A stretch of 64,000 nucleotides of DNA, taken from the NCBI RefSeq assembly GCF_006345805.1, contig NC_043006.1, positions 84,010,001-84,074,000 on the forward strand, given 5' to 3'. Shown piece by piece: positions 48,085 through 58,822 of this stretch. Below the pieces are notes generated by a model, which worked only from the letters and a program-made list of their open reading frames with translations, did no database searches and had not been told where the DNA came from. Made by a program: the position numbers and the translations under genes. Source of the stretch: Octopus sinensis. Lineage: Eukaryota. Position 1 is the stretch's first letter. Each line of letters starts with the position of its first letter.

Positions 48085-48885
48085 CAGGGTGTTCGGTTAA
48101 GTTTTACGGTTTGCATAAAAGGAAAAGAAAGCATTATACCATTCAAAAATAAAAGTTTTTTTTTTTTTTAAATCCCAAAATATCAACTAGATTATGGTTG
48201 GGAGACAACAGTTTATTTAAAGTAGTCACCCTCAGCTTCCACCACAGCCTCAAAACAGCTCCAGAACCTGGCACCTGCATTTTTCACTATATCCCAGGGA
48301 AAATCTTTGAACACCTTGATCTTGGCCACAATGTGTTCGCTGCAGGCAGAGTGGTTGGTGTTTTTCTCAACTGCACCCCACACATAATAATCCATGGGAT
48401 TACAATTGAGGGAATTAGAAGACCAGAAATTGGGGCTGGTGAGGTCATAGAAATTCTCTGATAACCTCCTCTGACTCTTTCTGGAGATATGGCAAGAAGC
48501 TGAATCCTGCTGCCACACATATAACCTTCAAGCAGAAACCTTCCCCAGCCAAGGATTCACACAGTTTCCAGCATCTTCACATAACCATCTGAATGGAACC
48601 TAAGGCCCTGTTCAAGAATGTGAATTGCATTAGTCACCCTCAATGGAGACACACCCAAAGACCATCACAGTTTAGGGGAGCTTGGTTTTCATGTGGACAT
48701 CACATGGATTGTAGGCAAGCTACCTGTTGTTCTGGGTGTTGTGCAACTGGTCCTGGCATAAGTTCTTTTCATCTGAGAAGAACCAGATCATCTCTGGCTC
48801 AACAGGATGCTTCAACTTGTTCAGGAGCTCCTTTGTCTTCATCAAGCAGTTCTTGACTTCCCTCCATGAAATTGCCATTACCTGT
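48085..48885 (-). mobile_element. maT/mori-type (DD37D) Tc1/mariner fragment with one TIR
   Basis: TA|CAGGGTGTTCGG terminus at 48085. The relic reads WFFSDEKN, VMVFGCVS, WQQDSASCH and NPMDYYVW, with 37 residues between the last two Asp. Confidence 0.85.
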
Positions 48886-49445
48886 ACAGGTGCAACTGGG
48901 TGTCACATATCAGATGTTGAAATGATCGCAGAGCAACATGAAATGAAGTGCTTTGCTCAAGAGCACAATGCATTACACAGTCTGGGAATCGAACCCACAA
49001 TCTCACAATCATGAATGCAATACCTCAACCACAAAGCAATGTGTATATATATCCATTGTACCTACTCTACAACCAGACACCATATCTGTCCTTCCTATAC
49101 CTTAAATCTCTCAACTGGCACAAAGCCACACCCAATCAATACTACTCCCCCCAGTCCCTGTTGAGCCTTTTTTTGCAAGATACTTGTTAACCCTAACAGT
49201 GCTGGTATCACATAAAAAAAAAACCCAGTACACTTAGTAAAGTGGTTGGTGTTAGGAAGAGCATCCAGCTCTAGAAACCATGCTAAAACAGTCAGTGGAA
49301 CTTCATTTGGCCCCTGGCTTTACTTGCACCTGTCAAACCATTCAGCATATGAAAGCATGGAAAACACACATTAAAGCATCAAATGATGACAATGATGGTA
49401 ATGAGTCAGGTGATATAAAAAAATTATAAAAGACGGACATATGTG

Positions 49446-49476
<31 letters not shown>

Positions 49477-49640
49477 GTGGTAGTTGTCTACTCCTCATGC
49501 AAAGTTTGAATACCTCTTCTACTTACATCTTAGATCTATCATGGCGTCTGTTGTGGCTTCTTAAACCAGACAATGTTTGAAAAGACACCCACATAAATTG
49601 CATATCTGCTTTAGGCCATCACACACACACATATTATATA

Positions 49641-49678
<38 letters not shown>

Positions 49679-51567
49679 TAAATGTCGGATGTATATAATG
49701 TGCTTTCACTTACTAGTGGACCATTTTATGTACTTAAAACAAAATTTTGTCTACCTCACTCCATATCAGGACAATTACCCCCCTATGACAATTCGCTCTG
49801 ATGACATCCCCAGGACAATTACCCCCCCCCCCGCTTAATTACCCCCTCTCCAGTATATTAAGAAGTTTTAAATCATTGTCCAAAAGTGTAAATTCTATGT
49901 GATTCCTTGCAAATATTGTATCCCATTTATGTTTTCATAATTGCTAACTATGGCATTAATACAGGTTGAAACATCTAAATATTTCTTTCTAGAAATAATC
50001 AACAACAAACACATTTCTTTATTATTTAACAATTGATTTCTTTGTTAATCAACAACAAACACATTTCATCAAAACTAAAGTCTTTATTAGATTAAAAGTA
50101 ACATTATCAAAACATGAAGGTAAAGCAAAACAAATATGCTTTCTTTTCTTCCGGGCACCAATGTACTCTAGCAGTTGTCTTTCATGTTATTCACCGACTG
50201 ACCTTTCCTCTGAAAAAAATCAGTAGAATCCTTTGATCTTCATACACAAATTATTTTCCTCCTGAAACTTATAAAAAAGCTGCACACTAAATTTCCCAGG
50301 TGAAAAATAGCGGATTATACACAGGAAAATATGGTTTACATCGGGGATTAACTGCCTAGGGAGTTGTTGTCCTCAGGGGTAAATATCCTAGACTCCTTCA
50401 CCCAAATTATTTTAAATTGTCTTCTTAAATAACTTATCTGAGGTTCACATTGCATTTAATCACCTGATAACTGGATACTTTGTTAACGACTGTTTACTGG
50501 CATTGATACCATGTAGTTTGTCCCAAAAAGAAATCTTTATTTACATCTAATTAGCTTAACTGCAAGAACAATCACATGAGTTGAAGAAACAGTTGATATT
50601 AAAACACTTGATACTAAATTGCAATTTTTGTCCTTTTTTTTAACCAGCTGAGTTTGATGAGAACTTGCAGTCTTTAGAGACACTATTCAACCAGTTTTCT
50701 TCATGTGTGTAGTAAACCTTAAGTGTCCGAATTTTTGAAGAGTTTATTCAAGTAATTCCTATGAAAGATTTGGTTATCTGAGTAGACATTTTAAAATCTT
50801 TGTTGTATCTGAGATCAGAAATGAAACTTGATGTGTTGTACCTAACTAGCACTGCAACTGATGGGTGTCAGGAAGCATCATTGCTCTGTTGCAAAGACAA
50901 ATAGAAAGCCTTTGAATTGCATACAAACTAGTTGTTAAAATTCATGGCATTACCCATCAGGAGGCCATGTCTTTGAAATTTAAGTATATTATGGTCCTTG
51001 CTGTGAAAACAATCTGTTCCCTGTCTCAAGGACTTGTTCTTTTGTTACCACATTTTTCTACGAAATTTACTGCTTGTAAGGGTCTGACAGTATTTGTTGA
51101 GGCAGATTTTCCACAGCTGGATGCCTTTCCTGTTGCCAACCCTCACCCATTTCCAAGCAAGGTAATATTTCCTATGTCCAAACATGTTTTCCTTAAGAGA
51201 CTGGAAACAAACATCATCACTTGTATGACAGTGTTTATGACCTTCACATGATGTCAAGTCAAGAGCTCTCTTTCTCACTCACACACACACATATGTATTC
51301 TTTTACTTTTACTTGTTTCAGTTATTTAACTGTGGCCATGCTGGAGCACTGTCTTTAGTTGAACAAATCAAACCTAGGACTTATTCTTTGTAAGCCTAGT
51401 ACTTATTCTATTGGTCTCTTTTGCCAAACTGCTAAGTTACGGGGATGTAAACACACAAACATCGGTTGTCAAATGATGGTGGTGGAGACAGACACACAAA
51501 TACATACATATATAATATATATATTTATGTGTGTGTGTGTCATTCCCTTCTGGTCATTTCAATATGT

Positions 51568-51770
51568 GACCGCGTGTGTATCGTTGGCGATTTTTTTTTT
51601 CTCCGTCTTCCCTTCCTTGGATCTTTCCTTTTCCTATGTTTCTGATGAAGAGCTCCGCTCGAAACGTTAAATCCCCCTTCTTTCTTTCCTTTCCTGAACG
51701 TCCAATAACACTATACTTGTTCCACATCTCGCATTGTTGTGTTTCCTCTTTGTTCATGTTTGGATTAACT
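51568..51770 (+). mobile_element. Short hammerhead-carrying non-autonomous element ending GGATTAACT + (AT)n; relatives at 18182-18365 (-) and 10038-10078 (-)
   Basis: The three loci share the pyrimidine-rich body and the terminus (TGTTTGGATTAACT|ATATAT). Confidence 0.7.
51638..51671 (+). ncRNA. Minimal type-I hammerhead ribozyme motif (Penelope-associated, dimer type)
   Basis: GTTT-CTGATGA-A-GAGC-TCC-GCTC-GAAACGTT-AAA: conserved core, 4-bp P2, palindromic ACGT P3 and short P1. Confidence 0.72.
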
Positions 51771-51781
51771 ATATATATATA

Positions 51782-52169
51782 CTAGCAGTATCGCCCGGCG
51801 TTGCAAGGGAAATAACTATATAAGCATTTTTAGAGAGTTATAGCCAAAAAATAGCAAAAAAATGCATTAAAAATTGAAAAAAAATTAAGGTAAATTTTTT
51901 TTTTTAAATCGTTGACACATCGTAGATATTTTTAGAGAGTTACTTCCCTTATATAAAAGCGAAAAAAATGCATTAAAATGGAAAAATATGATGGTAAATT
52001 TTTTTTAAATCGTAGACTCATCGTAGATGCGCGCTAATACCCAGAAGGGCTCGATATGAATCACGACTATAAGATACCCGCTTTTGGTTAAACTGCACCG
52101 CAAAATGTGGGAGTAGTTACGAATCTAAATCGAAGGGGACAGACACACAACTTCACTCTTATATAAAGA
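51782..52169 (-). mobile_element. Non-autonomous Helitron
   Basis: Minus strand A|TCTTTATATAAG ... CAACGCCGGGCGATACTGCTAG|T, i.e. TC and CTAG termini at an AT site with a GC-rich subterminal motif. Confidence 0.75.
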
Positions 52170-52559
52170 TGCTTTTTTTTTTTTCAGTCATAGAGTTAGA
52201 TTTATGAAGGTCTTCAGTAGAAAATCCTTCGAATTCTGACTCGCTGCTTGATATAATGAAATTCGTATCCATTTTTTGTCAGAATTACAAATTTTGAAAA
52301 CATAATAGGAACAAATTTCGGAAAAAAATCTCCCATAATTCACGGAATTAAAATTACACTTCGATTTTTGTACAAAACTGTATTTGAAGTGTTTACGAAG
52401 TATAATACGTGTTTTCACGAATGTACTAAAGAGATTTACTCTGATATTCTCATTTAAATATGAATAGGTAAATTCGGGCGGTTTGGTAACGAAAGGGTTT
52501 ATATAAGTGTCGTCTGTTTATACATAAACACTGTTTCATACTTTCAGTTTAGTCTTCCT

Positions 52560-52952
52560 CAAATCACTCTGTCGCTAATTTACTCTCTTCCAAGAACATT
52601 TTCACTCACTGTTATCTGTTAGCTTCCCATACATTTTACTCATGTATCTATCAGCGTGATAGAGAGAAACAAATATTACATCTAGTTTCACTTTATTCGT
52701 TACACACTGTGTGTGTGCGTTTGCGTGTGGTGTAAACCAGACTAAGAAAAGCATTTGACACACACACCAGAATGTGAGTTTTCTGTAAATTTTGCTTAAT
52801 TGGAGTTTAAATTTTCAAAACTGGACCTGGCATGACGCGATGCATTGTACTCTTAAAATTGCTAGGTAAATTGTAATTGAAGAAATCCTATATTGTAGAT
52901 TTGTATAACTCCCAAAGGGAGGCAGATAAAATCTGCCTTTTATAATAAGAGA
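52560..52952 (-). mobile_element. Helitron-like 5' terminal fragment
   Basis: Minus strand A|TCTCTTATTATAAAAGGCAGATTTTATCTGCCT with hairpin. The left boundary is uncertain. Confidence 0.45.
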
Positions 52953-53310
52953 TATACATACTATGGGCTTCTTTCAGTTTCTGTCTACCAAATCCATTCA
53001 CAAAGCTTTAGTCAGCCTCAGACTATAGCAGAAGACACTTGACCAAGGTGCCATGCAGTGGGACTGAACCTAGAACCATGTGGTTGGGAAGCAGGCTTCT
53101 TTCAGTTTCCATCTTTGAAATCCACTCATAAGGATTTGGTCAACCCATAGCAATAGTAGAAGACACTTGCTCAAGGTGCTGTGCTGTGGAACTGATCCCA
53201 AGACCATGTGATTGGAACCCACATGTCCATATATATGTACAAGTATGTGTGTGTGTGTGTGTGTATGCATGCATGTACGTATGTGTATGTATATATATAT
53301 ATATATATAT

Positions 53311-55205
53311 ATGTTAATAAAATAGAACATATGCATATATATAAACATATATGTACGTACCTACCTCTACATGTACATATACACGCATATATGTGTACAG
53401 GACACCAAAAAGACGTCGAACACATAGAGAGACGAAAAACATAGACACAAACCAAGGAACAAGACAAGCAAAAAAAGAGATACAGGACAATAAGCACAAC
53501 GAAAAATCCCCTTCTTCAGTCGCTAAGGTTTCATCTACTAACGTTTCGAAGGATAAAAGCGAGACGTATACTTCGAAGAAAACTTCCTTCCTGCGAAAAG
53601 CAAATCAATTAAAATTCTAAGATCTTTTCGCAGAGGGGTAAAAAAAGCAAGACGGTAACGACAGTACAAACATATAAACAGTAAAAAATATATATATAAA
53701 CAGTGGAAAAATAAATATATAACAGTGAGAGACAGGACAAGGAGAACAAGATAAGGGCTGTTAACGCCAGACGAAAAAAGTATTGCAAACGCTGGATTAT
53801 AGTGGACGACGAGAGAGAAAGAATGTCGACCAGTAGCCTTAGAAGGTGGGCGAGAAAAGACAGGATAGCAGTTACGACGGAAGTATCGTCGCAGATGGAC
53901 GACGGGAATGGGGGAGGAGGAGCAAGAGGAAGAGAGAGAAGAAGGGGAATGGTGCGAGGAGACCATGAAGAACGGTGAGGGGGAGAGAGAGAGGAAGAGA
54001 CAAGTTAAGTGAGGGAAAAAAGACGAAAAAGGGAATGGAGAGAAAGAAAGAAAGATGCAGAGTCGCGTGAGAGTTAATATCAAGGCTAACTTGATAAACA
54101 GAACAATCTTACTTAATAGGGTGCGTGCGTTTAGTCGTATAATATGTTAATAAAATAGAACATATGCATATATATAAACATATATGTACGTACCTACCTC
54201 TACATGTACATATACACGCATATATGTGTACAGGACACCAAAAAGACGTCGAACACATAGAGAGACGAAAAACATAGACACAAACCAAGGAACAAGACAA
54301 GCAAAAAAAGAGATACAGGACAATAAGCACAACGAAAAATCCCCTTCTTCAGTCGCTAAGGTTTCATCTACTAAACGTTTCGAAGGATAAAAGCGAGACG
54401 TATACTTCGAAGAAAACTTCCTTCCTGCGAAAAGCAAATCAATTAAAATTCTAAGATCTTTTCGCAGAGGGGTAAAAAAAGCAAGACGGTAACGACAGTA
54501 CAAACATATAAACAGTAAAAAATATATATATAAACAGTGGAAAAATAAATATATAACAGTGAGAGACAGGACAAGGAGAACAAGATAAGGGCTGTTAACG
54601 CCAGACGAAAAAAGTATTGCAAACGCTGGATTATAGTGGACGACGAGAGAGAAAGAATGTCGACCAGTAGCCTTAGAAGGCGGGCGAGAAAAGACAGGAT
54701 AGCAGTTACGACGGAAGTATCGTCGCAGATGGACGACGGGAATGGGGGAGGAGGAGCAAGAGGAAGAGAGAGAAGAAGGGGAATGGTGCGAGGAGACCAT
54801 GAAGAACGGTGAGGGGGAGAGAGAGGAAGAGACAAGTTAAGTGAGGGAAAAAAGACGAAAAAGGGAATGGGAGAGAAAGAAAGAAAGATGCAGAGTCGCG
54901 TGAGAGTTAATATCAAGGCTAACTTGATAAACAGAACAATCTTACTTAATAGGGTGCGTGCGTTTAGTCGTATAATATGTTAATAAAATAGAACATATGC
55001 ATATATATAAACATATATGTACGTACCTACCTCTACATGTACATATACACGCATATATGTGTACAGGACACCAAAAAGACGTCAAACACATAGAGAGACG
55101 AAAAACATAGACACAAACCAAGGAACAAGACAAGCAAAAAAAGAGATACAGGACAATAAGCACAACGAAAAATCCCCTTCTTCAGTCGCTAAGGTTTCAT
55201 CTACT
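53311..55205 (-). repeat. Tandem array of an 833-bp non-coding unit (2 full copies plus 229 bp) embedded in (TA)n
   Basis: Units start at 53311, 54144 and 54977 (ATGTTAATAAAATAGAAC...), with a few substitutions and indels between copies. Confidence 0.95.
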
Positions 55206-55408
55206 ATATATATACTGTCAGATTTGATTTAATTACATATTATATTTGAAATTTTATACTTATATCTCTTTGTCTATTTACTTTTACTGTATATTTTGTA
55301 TAATGCCTTTACTGATATGTAATGGTGTAATAAAGTATTGATTGGGTATTATCTGATAGTTGATGTTTTATTGATTTAAGTATGTTTCTCCATTTTCTAA
55401 TTTTGTTG

Positions 55409-55440
<32 letters not shown>

Positions 55441-55446
<6 letters not shown>

Positions 55447-55892
55447 GTACACACACACATCTCCCCTCCTTGAAACCATCTTATATTCTCAACATCATCT
55501 CTTACTGCTTTATATTCCACTGAATGCTTCTTCTCCTTGAGCACCCTCTACCTTGTTTGTCACTCTAGATCCACCTCTAAATACCTCTGCTCCATGGGAA
55601 ATTATGCATTCATGGTTATGTGATAAATGGTGTGTATGTATATATGTATGTATATATATATATATATATATAATATATATATATATATGTACGTACACAC
55701 ACACATCTCCCCTCCTTGAAACCATCTTATATTCTCAACATCATCTCTTACTGCTTTATATTCCACTGAATGCTTCTTCTCCTTGAGCACCCTCTACCTT
55801 GTTTGTCACTCTAGATCCACCTCTAAATACCTCTGCTCCATGGGAAATTATGCATTCATGGTTATGTGATAAATGGTGTGTATGTATATATG

Positions 55893-55932
<40 letters not shown>
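55441..55932. repeat. Tandem duplication of a 246-bp unit bounded by (TA)n
   Basis: Units start at 55441 and 55687 and are identical by eye except for microsatellite length. Confidence 0.9.
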
Positions 55933-55936
<4 letters not shown>

Positions 55937-55937
<1 letters not shown>

Positions 55938-56338
55938 TCTTTTACTTGTTTCAGTCATTTGACTGCAGCCATGCTGGAGCACCGCCTTTAATCGAGCGAC
56001 TCGACCTCAGGACTTATTCTTTTGTAAGCCCAGTACTTATTCTCTCGGTCTCTTTTGCCGAACCGCTAAGTAACGGGAACATAAACACACCAGCATTGGT
56101 TGTCACGCAATGCTAGGGGGACAAACACAGACACACAAACACACACACGCATATATATATATATATACATATATATGACGGGCTTCTTTCAGTTTCCGTC
56201 TACCAAATCCACTCACAAGGCTTTGGTCGGCCCGAGGCTATAGTAGAAGATACTTGCCCAAGGTGCCATGCAGTGGGACTGAACCCGGAACCATGTGGTT
56301 GGTAAACAAGCTACTTACCACACAGCCACTCCTGCGCC
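55937..56338 (-). mobile_element. Full-length family A SINE
   Basis: Reverse complement of 19216-19632. Confidence 0.85.
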
Positions 56339-56995
56339 TTAAATCAGCCACTCCTGATTTAATATATATATATATATTAAATCAAAGACTGGAATTTATT
56401 GTATTACATTTAATTCTTTAGTTATGTCCATTTCAACACTGCATAAAATGTACATTTTATGAATATAAATATTAGTATGAATGAATTTATGTTACACCAT
56501 ATTAATGTAAGCCATGCGCATTTTCGCAAACAAAATTTCATTAGTGTGTTTATATATAATGAGTTTAAGCATATGTATACTAACTAACTATATATTTAGT
56601 ACTTAATTGGTGCCAGCTATCTGCTGTTTTCAATTGGAGCTGCTTTCTCTGCCTTCATGTGTGAGATTGTTGTGTTTAACAAATCTTAGTTTCTATAGCT
56701 GTCAGTATATTAAAAAGTTTTCCCCCTTTCTACCCTTCATGATTGACAACCATAGAATACACCCACTTTGAACTTTTTGAATATTGGTATTCTGATATGA
56801 AATTTCACTCGTTGATAACTCAGTGGCTTATTCAGCAAATCATTGTTCAATTATTGTACATGGTTGCCTGATGAATTTAGAAGTTACATAATGTATTGCA
56901 TAATCGATATAATTGTATTTATGCTTATGTCAAAAACTCCTATTGAAACAATTGTAGATACACAGAAAACCCATTCATCTGTTATTATTATTTCA

Positions 56996-57339
56996 TCTCT
57001 ATATATATAAACGGAAAAATGTCTGTCTGTGTGTGTGTCCTTTATACAAATCCACACTTTTTCAGTTAGAGGGCTCACACTTTCTATGGTCATTCAAAAC
57101 CATCCAAGGGTGGTCGTGCACATCTTTACATTTCCCCAGTCACCCCACAAAGCCATTAAAAACTCAATAGAAGTAACTTTTTTGTGAATTTTCTATCCAA
57201 AACCCAATCAAAATGCCTGAAACTTGATACGCCAATTGAATGCCAGCTAGATGTATGTGATTGGTCAGAGATTTGGACAGTACTCGCGTATATGTGTACA
57301 TACATGAAGCTGTATATGCATGCCAGGTCATAGTGCTAG
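56996..57339 (+). mobile_element. Non-autonomous Helitron, copy A
   Basis: A|TCTCTATATATATAAACGG ... TCATAGTGCTAG|T. Confidence 0.75.
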
Positions 57340-58456
57340 TATATATATATTTATATATTGGAAGGCAGCAAGTAACCAACAATAAAATGGACATTAAGCA
57401 ACTACTTTGCTGGGACTTACAAAAGGGAAACAATAAGTGAGGGCAGAGGATAAGATCTAGTGGGACTACGTTAAAATCATAAATGGTTAACACAAGATTT
57501 AACAGAATTAACATTGTATTCATTATAGATTATATCTATAAAGGAATTAAGATTATATCTATCAGATTATATTTTATAAGTGAATAAAGATTGTGTCTAT
57601 TTGGGAAACAAGGGGAAGGAACAGATCTCCATGTGACAAATGTTTGAGGAGAGAAGCAAAAAGGATTGGAACTCTTTTTAATCCTTTAGCCTTTAAACTG
57701 GCCACATCCGACCCAAATGTTCTATTTGTTTTATGTTTAAACCAGCCTCTCACAACCATCCTAAAATGTCATTCTAAAAATAAACAATCACATCATCGAA
57801 ATCTTGTAGCTATGAGATAATGTATGATTAATTCAAAACAATACGAATAAATAAACCTTATATTTGACAGAGTAATCTGACTGCTAAAGGATTAAAAAAA
57901 GGGACAACAATAGTGAAAGGATGAGAAGGCATAGACATGGCTGTAGCTGTGTGGTTTTAGGTTCAGTCTTGTTGCACGGCACCTTGGGAGAATGTCTCCT
58001 ACTACAGACTCAAGCTGCTCACAGCCTTGTGAATGAATTTGGTAGACAGAAACTGAAACAAACCCATCATATACATATATGGATGAGTATGTGTGTACTG
58101 AGTGGAGGCACATGGCATAGTGGTTAAAGCAGCGGACTTACGCTTGAGGGATCGCGGGTTCGAATCTCAGACCGGGTGATGTGTGTGTTTATGAGTGAAA
58201 CACCTAAGCTCCACATGGCTCTGGCAGAAGGTAATGGCGAACTTCTGCTGACTCTTTCGCCACAACTTTCTTTCACTCTTTCATCCTGGGTAATTCGTGA
58301 CAGGAAGGGTATCTGACTGTAGAAGACTCTACGCCAACATATTGTAGTCTGACCCATGCAAGCATGTAAAAGACATTACCATAACACAAGATCTTCTGGC
58401 CGTAAATACAAGTGTTACAGCCTGTATGGTAATTCTATTAACCAAAATATATACAA

Positions 58457-58822
58457 CTAGCACTATGATCCGGCAATGCTAGGTCATAGTGCTAGTGCAT
58501 GCATATACAGCTGCGTGCGTGCGCACATACACGAGCGTACTGTTCAAATCTCCGGCCAATCACATACAGCTAACTGACATTCAATTGGCGTATCAAGTTT
58601 CAGGCATTTTGATTGGGTTTTGGATAGAAAGTTCTCAAAAAAGTCACTTCTATTGATCTTTTAATGGCTTTGCAGGGTGACTGGGGAAATGTAAAGATGT
58701 GCACGACCACCCTTGGACGGTTTTGAATGACCATAGAAAGTGCGAGCCCTCTAACTGAAAAATTGTGGCTTTGTATAAAGGATACACAAACACAGACATT
58801 TTGCCATTTATATATAGAGAGA
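58457..58822 (-). mobile_element. Non-autonomous Helitron, copy B (same family as copy A, inverted)
   Basis: Reverse complement of 56996-57339 throughout, with a terminal hairpin CTAGCACTATGA...TCATAGTGCTAG. Confidence 0.75.

Noticed and set aside
53538-54916. 157-217 aa hydrophobic or Ser-rich ORFs in the 833-bp array
   Set aside because: They arise from the pyrimidine-rich strand lacking stops, and indels between units change the frame.
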